Origin: Geosiphon pyriformis uo1
Lineage: Eukaryota; Fungi; Glomeromycota
Assembly (NCBI GenBank): GCA_016748015.1
Contig: JAAOMT010000665.1
Location: forward strand, 62,001-126,000
Reading direction: 5' to 3'
DNA length: 64,000 nucleotides
A program made the translations under genes and the position numbers. The notes under the pieces were generated by a model. The model saw only the letters and a program-made list of their open reading frames with translations, searched no databases and had not been told where the DNA came from. Below, piece by piece: positions 12,483 through 26,053 of the stretch (its first letter is position 1; each line of letters begins with the position of its first letter).

Positions 12483-13474
12483 CAGAGGGTGTCCAAAAGT
12501 TTCCGAACAAGATTTTATTTAACAATAATATTTGTTTTTTTATAAAATAAAACAAAATAAAATAAACAACATATTTATAATTTTATAGTAATTTTCTAAA
12601 TTTTCTATTAAGCTTTTAATACTTTGTTGGTCCTCCTTGTGCTATAATTACTGCTTGAATACGTCGAGGCATACTATCAACTAATTTTATAATCGTTGAT
12701 TTAGGAATTGGTTCACGCCATACTTTACTAGACCGATTGTGTTGAAATTGAGAGAAAGTTGATTCGTCACTCCATAATACTCTTGCCCATTTTCGATTTG
12801 TCCAATTTTGATGTTTAATACACCAAGCAAGACATGCTGCTATATTTGCTGGTGAGATTAAAGGTTTCCTTCTTGCATAACGATTTCGTAATCCAACCGA
12901 TTTAAGAGCACGCCGAAGAGTTCTAAGAGAAATAGTTTGCTTTGTTTTTTGTTTCCAAAGAGTTCGTATATTTGCAATACATAAACGACGATTTTTTCCA
13001 TTAAGTGTTACTAAACGTTTAAGTCGGCGATATTTTTGGTGAGTAAATAAACGTGGACGTCCTGAACGAGGTCTTGAATCAATTGAACCAGTTTCTTTAA
13101 ATCGTTTTATTGTATCCGAAACTGTTGTCAAGCTGCAATTGACTATGTTGGCAATATCACGATATTTCTTGCCATGCTGTTGTAATAAGCATATAGTATT
13201 ACGTTGAGCAATCGTTAATTCTTTTTTTGCTCCCATTTCGTTTTTATAAAAACGACGAAAAAATCTTATATGCGCGTTACATTTCATTTTTATAAAAAAA
13301 CGAGTATGAATAAAATCGATTATGCGCGTCGCGAAAAAACATTATACACGTGTTTAAAAAATAAAAAACGCGTAATTAAATAATTAACTAACTTAATTTA
13401 GTAATAAACTCGTGCTTTTCTAATTATTCAAGCATGTGGAATGTTACTCCAAAGTTTGTTCGGAAACTTTTGGA
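12483..13474 (-). mobile_element. Tc1/mariner DNA transposon, internally deleted
   Basis: TA target, then TIR CAGAGGGTGTCCAAAAGTTTCCGAACAA (12483-12510). Partial inverted TIR TTGTTCGGAAACTTTTGGA (13456-13474) followed by TA. Confidence 0.92.
12616..13236 (-). CDS. Tc1-family transposase, DNA-binding domain intact, catalytic domain largely deleted in frame
   Basis: Two HTH regions, GRPR, RKPL, VLWSDES (first D), then a direct join to the C-terminal LVDSMPRR...GGPTKY. Second D and E region absent. Confidence 0.85.
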   Translation of the reverse strand: MGAKKELTIAQRNTICLLQQHGKKYRDIANIVNCSLTTVSDTIKRFKETGSIDSRPRSGRPRLFTHQKYRRLKRLVTLNGKNRRLCIANIRTLWKQKTKQTISLRTLRRALKSVGLRNRYARRKPLISPANIAACLAWCIKHQNWTNRKWARVLWSDESTFSQFQHNRSSKVWREPIPKSTIIKLVDSMPRRIQAVIIAQGGPTKY

Positions 13475-13647
13475 TACATATTTTGAATTATATATAATCA
13501 TGCCTATTCTAACTGATTAGTGAGTGATTGCTAAGCTATTGGGCCTTCTATTTGCCTGTGAATGTTTTTTGGCTTACTTGTTCATGATTATATTAAATTG
13601 GGTGGGTTTGTTATTTGTTTTAACATCCCAAATAATTATCTGTAACA

Positions 13648-16600
13648 ATGGTACTTTTTTTTAAATCTTAACAGATAACATAGAATTTTCTCCAACTTTT
13701 CACTATTGTTAATTATAACACCTACTCTGGAAACTTCTTTCTTATCAATAGTGGTCCAAGTATTAATGAAGTGATCAGTCTTCTAAATTTTATTTGAATT
13801 CAAACTCTTTACAATCTTGGCCATTAACAGTTCCAGCTTAAAAAACTTAGAAAATTGCTTATTTTTTAAACATTCAAACTCATTGAACCAAAGTCTAAAG
13901 AACACTTCATCAGCAGAACTTACTATTATTATCTTTAAAATTTTCTATATTGCATTCAAATTACCACAATTTTTTGCACTATTAAATTAGCAGCTTTTTT
14001 TAAAAATCTGTCTAATAAATGCTCTCTAAACTGCAGTCACTTATTGATTTCAGCATCCTTAATTATTTATTTTTGTTAGCTTGTTTTTAATAATTATTAA
14101 GATAAGCATCTAAAAGATTATTCAAACCAATTGCAACTAAGACTGTTTTGTGATTAATATCAAAAAACTCAAACATAATGTCAACTCCATAATTGGTAAT
14201 TGGAAATACCAGATTTGTTTTACAAAAATAAAATTAATAATCTTTTTTACACCTCTAAAATTGTTCTAAATAGAAGCTTTGACTAACAAATGCTCATTAA
14301 ATGAGTTAATTAAGCCAAACTCCAAACAAAACTTGAAATTTATATTCTTTTTTAAACTATTTTTATTGAAGTTTTCATTCAAAACCACAAAAATACTGGA
14401 ATTAACTGCTTTAGCAATAAAAGAGTTGATTTTTAATATATGTTTAAACTTAGCTTCAGCAAAAACACCAACATACAAACCCAAAATTATAACTAACAGT
14501 TTATTCTTAAATAAAAACTGTACTAAAAAAACTTTACCAAAAATCTCTTCTATTTTTAAGACATGTTGAACCAAAAAATTGTTTATAATAATGGCTATTT
14601 TAATATCAAAATAGTTTTTGTTTAAACTAAATGTAAAAATTCTTAAACTATTAAACTTATTTACAATTTATAGCTTAATATTAGACTATTAATTTTATCT
14701 CTGTGATAATTAAAATCATATTATCTGAATTTATATATTAACAAATAATATCTTCCTATTTAATAAAAATATTAATACTTTAAACATTACACATAGCAAT
14801 TTTCCAAATTAAATCACTTATTGAAATAAAAAAATGCCAAAAAATTCAAGCTAATATACAATTAATCTAATTTTACCAAAACTGAATTAATAAAGATCTC
14901 AAAGACTACCAATTTTGATTTTAAATTGTCTATCTTAGTGGTTAAACTTTAGAACTACTTAAACCCAAAACCACAGTTTTATCTTTTATAACCAAAAAAA
15001 AAAAAGATAACAATAATGAGCCATCCAAAACTATATTCAAATCTAATTTTGAACTTGGTATTATAAGAGCAGTTAAGAAAAAAAATTAAAACATAAACAT
15101 CAAAGGTATTAAATCTATATTGCTTAATTTCTACACAATACTAAACACTTAATTAACCAAAAACTCCAAGAAATATTTCAAGAAAACCAGACAAACATCA
15201 ATAAATAAATCAACTTAAGCAATAAAAAAACTTTTATCAACATGCAAATTACCAAAAAAAGATAACCTAAAATTATAACCAAAATGAAAACCATTAAAAA
15301 AAAACAGCAAATAAAACTATTTGTGCTCATAATATGTTACCAAAAACAGCAGAATAGAAAATAGAAACATTTTTTTAGTATATAACCTAATTAGCTAAAA
15401 ATAATTTTTATTTGAAACAACTTTTTATAAGTTCTCAAAAAAGACAAGATAAATGTATTTGACATATTATGCTTTATAGTTAAATGTTTAAACCATTTAC
15501 ATTTTTTATATCAAACCAAATTTATATTAATTTAGAAGAGTTTTACACTATTAAGAATTGGCTTTATATAAAAAGCAAATTCCAGTTCCTTATTTGATTC
15601 AAAACCAATTATTGCACAATAAATCTTATAGCCAGTTTCAAATAATTGGTTAATAATACATGTTTTTCCACCAGTTTTTTCTAACAAATTACTAAGATCA
15701 TAAGCAGTTATTCTTATAAACAGAATAAACAGAAGCATTTTAAACCAATTTTTTAATATTTAAACATTATAATCTTCTATAGTTTTTATTATATGTACAA
15801 AGTTTTTACTAATTAAGAATAACTACTTAAATATTAATTAATCAACTTAACTTAATTTGGCAAATTTCACTACAGCTTTTTGTCACAGTCTAATAAATTG
15901 CAATTTAACTATACTTGAATACTATAATAACAATTATTTCTTTAGGCATATTTATGAAAATTTTTTTGATTATTACAGCTTGATTAGAACACATTTTTTG
16001 TCTCTTAAAATTGTTGTTTACTTTAATTCTTTTTTTTAGCCAATAATACAGTCTTATTTATATTTTTTTTAATGTAAATATTAATTTAATAATTTTTTCA
16101 AATTTTGAAAAAGTAATAATTCTCCCAAAACTAATAATTAATAAGAAATTTTTTTAATGAATTAAGTTTTTACTATTACTAATTTGCTTTTCACAGCTAA
16201 AAAATTAATATCCAAGGCAAAAGATTAAACTAATTAAATAAAAATTAAATTAATTTTTGTTTTTTAATATTGTTTTTAATAATACTTGGAAAATTATTTT
16301 CAGTTATCAAAAATCTTTTGGATAAATAGTCTTTATTTTAATATTTGACATTATATTTAAGATTAAATTGGCTTTTATTAAAATTGTATTTTAGTTTATA
16401 TATAATTTATTAATATTAAGTTTGTATTTAAAAACAATATAAAATTTGCTTTTTAAGTTTTTTTAAATATTATATTTTAAGCTAATTTTGTTGATTTTAT
16501 TTTTTTTTTATTCTTAAAATAGTTAAATCTATAATAATTTCTGAATTTTTTTTTTTGTTGTATAATATGTTTTTGGATATGTTTATAACAAATATTAAAA

Positions 16601-16650
16601 TAATTTTTAATATTTATAGTAAAATTTTCAAAGTTTATTAAAATTATTAA
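13648..16650 (-). mobile_element. Degenerate non-LTR (LINE) element: ORF1 remnant and APE endonuclease of ORF2
   Basis: LIWKIAMCNV (APE start, ~14783-14812) and VLNENFN (GGDFN-like). ORF1 segment YDLSNLLEKTGGKTC matches the LINE at 63680. Right boundary approximate. Confidence 0.65.
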
Positions 16651-17621
16651 TATTTAACAATATATTATTAGTTTTTTAATATAATTATAACTACTTTAAC
16701 ATATTAATTAAATTTGATAAAATTTTTTTCTTTGTAAATTAAAAAAATTTAAATATTAATAATGTTTTAAATATTAAAATTTTAATTATTTAATTTTAAA
16801 TTATAAATTATTATTACTATTTTTTTTTAAGTTTTTGTTTTACTTTATTATTTCTCTCTAAAATTTTAAATTATATTTTATTAAAAATAAATCTTATATT
16901 ATAATTTTTGTTTCTGTATTTTTAAAGTTTTTGTTATTGGTTTTTTAATTACTATTGTTATTATTATTATTGTTATTATTGTTATTAATTTTTTAATTGG
17001 TTTTTATTTGGCTTTTTTGAAATCTAAGTTAAATATTTTGGTTTTAATAGTTAGATTTATTATTGAAACAATTAATGTTTTAATTATTCTGATTATTATT
17101 TTGTTTTATATAAAAAACTTAAAAATATGATTTTTATTGTTTAAAATAAGATGTTTGCTTTTAGTAAAGCTTTAAATAAAGTTAAAATAAAAATAATTAA
17201 AGTTAAAATTAAATATAATATTGAAACTAGTTATATAAATAGTTTTAATAATACTTTAAATAAAAATATTTATATTTAATTAATAGCTCTTTAAAAATAT
17301 TAACCAGTTAATATTAAGTTAAATATAGATAAAACTATTAAATAAATAAGTAATAATAATATATTAATTATAATTATACATAAAATGTTTTTTTAAATAA
17401 ATTTTTTTTATAAATTCAATATAATTTAATCCAAATTAAATTTATGTTTAATCATATTTAAAAAATATGTAAATTATATTTAATTTAAAATATTTAATTT
17501 GACTTATTTTATTAAATAATAATTAAAATACATGTTAAATTTTAAAAAAAAATTGGGTTGTTTATTTTTATTATTATATTTTTTATAAAAAAAACAACAT
17601 ATTTTTATATATATTAATTAA

Positions 17622-17652
<31 letters not shown>

Positions 17653-20270
17653 TTGTTTTAATAAAAAAAAATTAATTGTTATTTATTAAAATATTATAAA
17701 ATATATATTATAAAATAAATATAATTTATATATAATTAATTATTTAAGCCAAATAAAATTATATTGTATTAAATTTAAAAAAAAATTTATTTAAAAACTT
17801 ATTTTATACATAATACAAATTAAACTATAGTTATTTAAAACCAAATTATTTATTTTATTAAATAAATTATATTTTTTTATTATTAAAATTTTAACATATA
17901 TAATTTAATTACTATTTAATATATATAAACAAATTAAATATTTACAATTAAATATGATTATATTATATACTTATATAAATATTAACAATACTATTAAAAC
18001 TTAAAAAAAACAATGATTTATTACATAAATTAAAATTAACTATAAATATATTATTAATTTTTAATATATTAATTATTTTAAAAGACAAATTAGCTAATAA
18101 GTTATAAAAATTAAATAAAGCAAACTTATTATTACTGACCAGATTTTTTTTTATAGTTTTATACTTGGAATTATACAGTTATATTTTTTTTTAATAATTT
18201 ACTAAAACAATTAAATTTAAAATAACCAATTTTATATTTTTAAAAATAAATACTGTTTTATTAAATTAACTTTTAAATACAAAGTTTTTGCAAAGAGTAA
18301 TATACAAAACATTATTAATTAAACAAAAAAACAATTTTTTAACACTAAAAATAATATTAATATAATATATATTACTAATTTTTAATATTTAGTTAGATTA
18401 AATAAAATTTTTAATTACATAATATTATTTAATTTATATATGAAAACATAATCAAAAATTTTAATTTTATTACAATAAATACAATTAACTTTTAAATATT
18501 ATTTATTATAAAAACATTTACATATAATAATAAATAATTATTTATAAATATTTAATAAATATGTGTAAAAAGTAGTTATTAACTTGTTTATAAACCTAAT
18601 ATATATATAAAAGTTAAGATATTATATTAATATAATTTATATTTAGTCTATATTATTTTAATATCTAAGTTATTTATATTATATTTTATTATAAAATAAT
18701 AATTTTTTAAGTAATTTACAATTTTATTTTTGTTTTTTTATAACAAAATTTTTTTTTAGCTTATTTGTAATAAACAAAACATTTAAAATTAGAATTAAAA
18801 CAATTAAAAAACCAATTTATTAATTTAAATTTTAAAAAAACCAATTTAAAATTATTAGTTTTAATAATAATATTTAAGTTTTTTGAAAAATTAAAAATAA
18901 TAATAATATATCTTAATTATTAAACAGAATTGTAAAAATAATTATTTATTTAAAAAACAAAATTATTAATTTTAAAAATAATACAATCAAAAAAAATTAA
19001 CCAATTTGATTATAAAAATCATAATATTACTTTTTTATAAAAACTGATTAATAAATCAAAACAATATTTAAAAATATATAAAACTTAAAATATATAGTAA
19101 AATATTATTATTAATTGATAATTTTAATTTAACACCAAAAATATTTTTAATATTATTTATATAATCTATAAAAAAACATTATAAAAAACAATAATAATAA
19201 AAGCAATATTAAAATTAAATATTATAAAAATTTAGAATCTTAAAAATAATAAAAAAAGTAATTTAACAAGCCTAATTTAAACAATAATATTCAAAAAAAT
19301 TTAAAATAAAAAAGTGGTTTAGTTTATATTTTATTAACTTAAATTTTAAAATAAAATAATTAAAAAATATTTTTTTTTGTTTTTAAACTTAATTTAATTA
19401 TATTTTAATCAAATCAGTTTTAATAAATATATTACTATTATTATTATTATTATTATTTAAATAAAAAAACTATTGTTTATAATTAGATATAAATTAAGCT
19501 AATAATTAATATAACTACAATAAAATTGGTAAAACATCAAAAAAATCAAATAAAATTAATGCTTTATTTTTTACAAAAAAAATTTTAAATAAAATTTTAA
19601 AAAATATTAAAAAAATATTAAAAAAATATTTTAAAAAAGATTATTAATTTTGGATTAGAAATAAAAAAGATGGTTTTTATTATTATTTTGGTCTTTTTAA
19701 TTATTTAAACAGCAAAAAAAAATTAATAATAAAAAATTAATTTAGTTATTATATTATTGTTAAAATAACAATTAGATTAAAATTAGTTTTAGTTAGTTAC
19801 TTAAAAAAAACTTTTATTTAAAACCAAAAAAATGGTTTATTAATAGCTAAAAAACTATTTTGTGTTTAAATTATTTAAAAAAAAAAAATTTAAAAAAACA
19901 CTCTTTAACTGTTTTTATTTTTTAAAAAACTTTTTAAGTATTAAAATCAATAAAAATAATATGTTGTTTTTTTTGTTTTTATTTTATTTGTGATTATAAA
20001 AATACAAAAAAAGAAGTTTTTTTATTAATATTTAAATAACAATAATTTTTTTACAGAATATTTCAAATTATATTATATCTTAAAATTGTTTTTTATAAAA
20101 AATTTAAATTTTTGCTTTAAAATAATAAAATAAATTTATGGATTATAATTTATGTTCAAAAAATCATTGATTTTTTTGATATTCAATTTTAATAATTGTA
20201 AATATACTTATTAATATGAATAAAAAATTTTAGATGTTGAAATATACAGCAAAATGTAGTTAAAGTTGCC
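16650..20270. other. Extremely AT-rich desert, probably end-stage eroded transposon DNA
   Basis: Almost no G/C, no CpG seen, no ORFs. Shares a 26-nt exact match (17900-17925) with 44392-44417. Confidence 0.6.
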
Positions 20271-20804
20271 AATAGCATTTTATATATATTAATTGAGAGA
20301 TCAGAGAAAAAAGATCTCATCAGCTAAACAATGGCGTTCCAGATTTGTGCACACTTACGCGAGAGATTTCCACTTTGGGAAAACTTGAACACGAAATTAT
20401 TCCCAAAAATGTTGACTCAAAATCTCATGATCCAAAAACGATGCAGGAGTAATTTTGCTACATGCATAGAATGCGAAGTTCTTGAGGTGATTCCATTCTC
20501 GTCAAAACTAAAATGCATCAGTAAAACCCTAACTTTCAATCGGAGAATTTGATTATGTAGGAAAAAGAATTTGCTGCAACCACTCTTCTACATGCGTTGA
20601 CCACTTGGAATAAAGCATTAATTGGTTGCAGGTTTGTTTACTCATTATCGATGAGAGACTTCTGGTTTGTGTAACATCTAATCCAATAAAAAAGTTCTGG
20701 TCACACCTGATCGAAATCCAATTGAGGGTGAAGGATTTTTCAAGATATCAAAAGAATTGATATTTTTGAATCAAGCTGGATTTAGGAAGTAAAAATCTAG
20801 ATTT

Positions 20805-21081
20805 TCATTTTCCGGGTTTATTTCCCGAGGAGGTTTTAACCTTGCGTTTCTTAACAGCTTTGGGTATTTTGTGCTTACGCTTTTCACGCATTTCGTCTTT
20901 GGCGGCCTTCTTGCGCTCCTATAAAAACATGAGGTAACAGAAATTAATTCTGATTGCAATTTGTATAACGGAAGTTCTTAAAAAGGCTAAAAACCTTTTT
21001 GGTCTCCTTATCCTCATTCCTTTTTCCACGAGGCTTTCTAACTGATGTTTCAGTCGTTTCTCCCTCGGTAGAATCTTGTGT

Positions 21082-21117
<36 letters not shown>

Positions 21118-23437
21118 TAGTTCTTCATTAACGTTATCTTTAAGATTTCGAACCAACGTTATTTTTCCTTTTTGCTGGTTGCTCGTTACACAAGCAGAAT
21201 CTGACCGCCAAAGCTCTTTTTCTGCCTTCTCGTTACCAAGAGAGATTTGAGCGAGCTTTCGATATATCAACTATTGAATGGATACAAAAATTAGTGTTTA
21301 AAATATCTAGAAAAAAGCCAAGATTAATGATTTACTTAAAAAAGATGGACAATTTACATCTTCTCCTTCACCCTGAATCAACTTCTGAATATCTCTCTCA
21401 ACGTCAATAACTTCATCCAAAGTACGTGGTATATAAGCCTTTTGAAATACGGCTTCATCCACGGCTTCTTGTTCCATATTAAAAGTATCACTCGTTGAAT
21501 CCAAATTATCAATATTTTCTTGTATCTTATGAATAACATGAGGTTAATGACTTACAAAATAGATTCGTTATGTGCAAGTAGACTTTAATTTCGAACCTTA
21601 TCCAATTCTTTCTCGATTGAATTTTGGTCGGTGCCAATATTTATATCAGTAACGAAATCAAACAATGTTCGAACGCTCATAACTCGTACCCCCTTCTTTT
21701 TGAAATAGTCATTCACATTGGCACAATCTTTACGCAAAAACTCAAGGGAATGTGGATGATCGTGTTCTACCGACTGGGAAACGTCAATAATGTAAAGAGT
21801 TCGTGAATGATACCTAATACAAAATAGTGTTGATTTTGTGGTTCGACAGCAAATTAAACTGTTTAAAAGGTAAGTAAAACTCATTCACCTACAAAATATT
21901 GTATTCACTCAAATCGGCATGAACAAGTCGGCATCTTTGATACATTATTCGCATAATTTTAACAAGCTGATAGTAAAGTTCAGGATATTTTTCATGGCTG
22001 ATGTTGGCATCCTTCAGTCGAGGATATGCCCTAATTTCACGAAGAGATAATTGAGCAGAAAATAGGTATTTAAGATATGTATTGAAAAGCATACTTTACG
22101 AATAAATGGCAATGGAATCCTTGATTACCATCCATTCTTATCGCCCAAAAATCCCATAACTAATACATGCATTCGTAAAACCAAAGGTTCAGGGCATGGT
22201 ATCTCAGCTTGCCAGAGCCTTTTTAAATTTCTCATTTCTTTTTCGGCCCAAACTTTAACCATTTTTCGAGGATTATGTTTACTGTATCCATGTCGAAATC
22301 GATGTTCACCACTAACGTATCGATCGCGATCTTTAAATATAAGAATCGAGGTTTTGTATATTTTTATGGCTCGATGGCTACCATCTTCTGTGATTGCATG
22401 ATAAACATTTGCCTGTCGAAAGTAAAAAATCAGATGAACTTGCGAGCGGGAAAATCTTAAATCTGGTTTGACTTACTTCTTTACCAGTACTAATACATCC
22501 ATTGATTTCATAAATGAGATTACGATTAATCATTTTGAACAGAATGATTCGAGTACGTGGGTCTAATACTTGCTCTACGGTTGCACGATCGGACTTATCG
22601 GTCAACTTTTGCCTAATGGGAAAAAATTATTTGATATCTGTCACATTTTTTTTTAATTTAATTAAAATAATTTACTTGTCTCCTTGAGCCTTTTTACTAC
22701 TCATTTTGATATCGTTTGTGGCTGAAGCAGAAAATCCAGTGCTAGGCAAATCATCTTAAAAAATCAAAAATCAGTTATTGTTTATTATGAAATATATAAA
22801 TTCACATTACTTGATGAAAGTAGAAATAATTTTACCTAAATGAATTCTTCGAGAATATTTATTCAAAGCAGTCATTTGGGAACGCAATTTCCCTTCAATT
22901 TCACTTTGTGATTTAGCCAGAATTTGATCATTTGAACCATTATTAGCCGAAAAGGATGCTGACTTTTGCTGATTGATCACCGGAACACCATAACCAACAC
23001 TTGTATTTCGCACATTTGATAATTTAGGTGAAAGTTGTTGGCGAAGACGATTATAATGTTTTGTAAAATCTTTAATAAATTATTCATCACAAGAAATTGA
23101 GGGATGAGCATTGTGAAAATTTTAATCTCAATCGATATTAATTTATCCAATATGGATTACTAAGCTTACGAAACTTACCACCATTCGCATTGACCCATTC
23201 TTCATTATCATTCAATTCGTCTTCAAAAAAATCATCTGAAAAATCATCGTATTCCCCTTGATAGTCATCCTCAATTTCATCTTCCTTTCCTGAAAAATTT
23301 CCAGTGTCTTTGGTGTTTAGATCGAATTCTTTTTTTATCATGTGCTCAAATCCTGTTGCGTCTTGATCGATATCTTCTGGGGCGTCATCAAATTGTCCAA
23401 GAGCAAAATTAGACAAACCCTTTTTAAATTTTGCCAT
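20805..23437 (-). CDS. RIO1: Serine/threonine-protein kinase RIO1 (multi-exon)
   Basis: [59 protein letters not shown] and basic C-terminus [14 protein letters not shown] introns. Confidence 0.95.
21082..21117 (-). repeat. (GAT)n microsatellite encoding poly-Asp in the RIO1 C-terminal region
   Basis: Run of ATC repeats on the plus strand, in frame as [12 protein letters not shown]. Confidence 0.9.
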
Positions 23438-24089
23438 AACTAGTCGCCCATTAAAGAATGAAAAGACATTAGACTCATTAGAAGCGATATTTCTCACTCT
23501 AGTATTTTTGTACCTAAATCAGTTCCATGAAACTAACCCTATTTTATAATTAATGGCCCCATTTTTAAAACCGCACAGCCCGATCGAATTAACAGATGGT
23601 TTGAAATCCAATGAAATGTGCACATGCAGTGGATGCATCAAATGTTGGACAGAATATCTGATATTGAACTCCAATTATATAGCAGATAAAATTTATCATC
23701 TTAAGACCTAGGACTTATAAAGGCCGCTAGCAAATCAAAAGCTCACCACAGATTGTTGACGACTTTCTTATCCACCACTCATTCTCGTTTGCCCTCTCCA
23801 CTTCTTATTGGACTAAAAAGGACCAATACCAACTCAAACAGGTAACCAAGTATTGAAAAACCGTTAACTTTTGGCTTATTCTTTGCCTTTTGTCGGGGTT
23901 TCAATCCACAAATCTGTTCAAGTTTGCCAAAAGCTAAGCTTTCACATTAACACTTCACTAAATACCTTTTCATGCCACGCTTATTGTCCATGACTTTGTT
24001 ATTCGCCGTTACCTTGAAAGCTTCATCTTGCTTTGATTATTTCACTACCTTTGACACTGGTTAAAAAGAAATAAGTTACTTTTGCGTCT

Positions 24090-25141
24090 ATGGATGAAGA
24101 AGAAAAACAGCAGCAACAAAAACCGCAGCCTTCATCACCAGTTGATCCAAATAAGGAAAAGAAATTAACAGGAAAGATCCAAACAAATGGCCATTCCCAG
24201 CAAGAAGAGGAAAATGAACAACAGCAAGGTGATAAACACTCGATTTCATATGATGTTTCCTTTACAGGCTTGAATCATGGACCGTCGGGTGTCGTTGTCG
24301 ACCCTGTGAGTTTTTTTGGCATTAAAACTTCTCGAAATTTAAGTTTGACTTATTTATAACTCCTTTCGATTTCCAGGCTCTTCAAGATGCCTCAAAAACC
24401 AACCCCTCTGCTGGCTTTAACACTACTACAGTCACTTATACTGCACAACAATATGGCTTGGTAATTATGAATTTAAATATCTTTAATAACATTATCCTTA
24501 GTTTTACTATTAAACAATTTATTCACAAAACTACAATATCTTTAGATCATCCCTCCTGGCAGTCATTCATTCGTACTAACACCTACTACACCTCCTGCAC
24601 AAACAACAACAACACCTGTACCTACCTCAACTACTACAGGCGCCGAAGAACAAGAAGAACCTCTCTATGTGAATGCTAAACAAGTGAGAAATCCATTGCT
24701 TACTCTATATATCTATTTATATTAAAATAGCCTTCATTGAAAATTTATCTAGTATCACCGAATTTTGAAGCGAAGAGCTGCCCGTGCGAAATTGGAAGCC
24801 GAAAATAAAATCTCTCGAGGGAGAAAGGCAAGCATGAGTGATAAATAAAAAAATGATATTAAAAAATAAAATCATTGAACTGCTTCTTAAACAAGTTTTC
24901 AATTGTTAAACAGAAATATCTTCACGAATCTCGTCATAAACATGCTATGCGGAGACCACGTGGTCCTGGGGGTCGTTTTTTAACAGCAGCAGAAATTAAG
25001 GAAATGGGCCTAAAAAAGGATGATGAAATTGATGCAGCCGAGTCGCCGATGGAACTTGAACATCCTCAAAATGGTTCTAGCAACTTGACAAATATACTAC
25101 CCGTCACGGAAAATGGCGTAAAGAAAGAGATTCACAAATAA
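24090..25141 (+). CDS. HAP2: CCAAT-binding factor subunit HAP2/HapB/NF-YA (multi-exon)
   Basis: Spliced core EEPLYVNAKQYHRILKRRAARAKLE...KYLHESRHKHAMRRPRGPGGRFLT. Confidence 0.95.
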
Positions 25142-26053
25142 TATTTGAGACTCCTACGCCGTCCCGTTGAAGATTTAATCCTCTCAAAGTATTTTAATCA
25201 ATTAATCCTCGTTTAATGACTGAAATCTAATTGCATTCGAATAATTCTTTATCGTCACCTTTAATTATAATTCCTCTTTTGATAGCTTTTCGATTTTTGG
25301 TTATTTCACCTTTCACCTTTTGTGCATACTTTTATTTCATCATCTTCAAGCCCTCTTTGTATCCCATCATTCTTCATCGAAAGCAACAGGGCATCAACAT
25401 TTTTGTTAAATCGTCATAGATATAGGCTTAAATATTTGGTGGGTTATTCTTTTGATTTTTGTAAAATATTATTTGTGACCTATCAAGTGACAAATAAATA
25501 CAGACTAAAGGTTTATCTTGAAAAAATTAAAAAATTCGATAAACATATTGGGAATCGTGATTATGGGATAGTCTATAACCTTTCTGGTAAAGCCCCTAAT
25601 CGGCAAAATCAAGTCATCCAGTCGAGATTGAAAAGATCTATACCCTGCACCGATTTTCGGCAATTTTTTGACCATTGTCAAAAGAGTTGTCGAAGTTTCT
25701 ATCCCTGATTCAATGTGCCCAAATTTGGTACGTGTAACTACTATGAAAAATCTAAAACTTGGGCCAAAGTTTCGTGCGATATCGGTTTGGTGAAAATTAA
25801 ATTCCTGCTATCATTTATGTTGCAAATTTTATGTTATCATAATATTCTACACAAATATAATATTAAGAACTGCATGGAGTAAAGTTACGAGAATTTGAAC
25901 TAATATCTACCCAGTTCTGTTGCTTTCGAGGGTTATTTACGTTCGCGTTAGTTGCCGCTGGCTTTTTTTGGGGGCGTTCTATTTCATAGCGGCCAGGAAC
26001 ATACACTTCTTCCTAGGTGATATAAGGGTCTCGTTAAAAGTGAATTTGAGGAA

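Larger units (their letters stand above)
11889..13647 (+). repeat. LTR-like repeat E (interrupted by Tc1), ending in a U5-like terminus
   Basis: Ends GGGTTTGTTATTTG...CCCAAATAATTATCTGTAACA like the other LTR ends. Inverted homologue at ~56330-56810. Confidence 0.6.

Noticed and set aside
16650-20270. Centromere or organellar insertion
   Set aside because: No tandem satellite or organellar genes. Better explained as eroded repeats, though a centromere cannot be tested from sequence.
20919-21250. Poly-Met and poly-Ser ORFs
   Set aside because: Alternative frames of the RIO1 (GAT)n poly-Asp tract.
24090-25141. Functional link between HAP2 and the CCAAT boxes of neighbouring LTRs
   Set aside because: NF-Y acts in trans, so proximity is uninformative.
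25231-25708. ORFs between HAP2 and the sirtuin
   Set aside because: Non-ATG starts and no recognisable motifs. Probably 3' UTR or intergenic.
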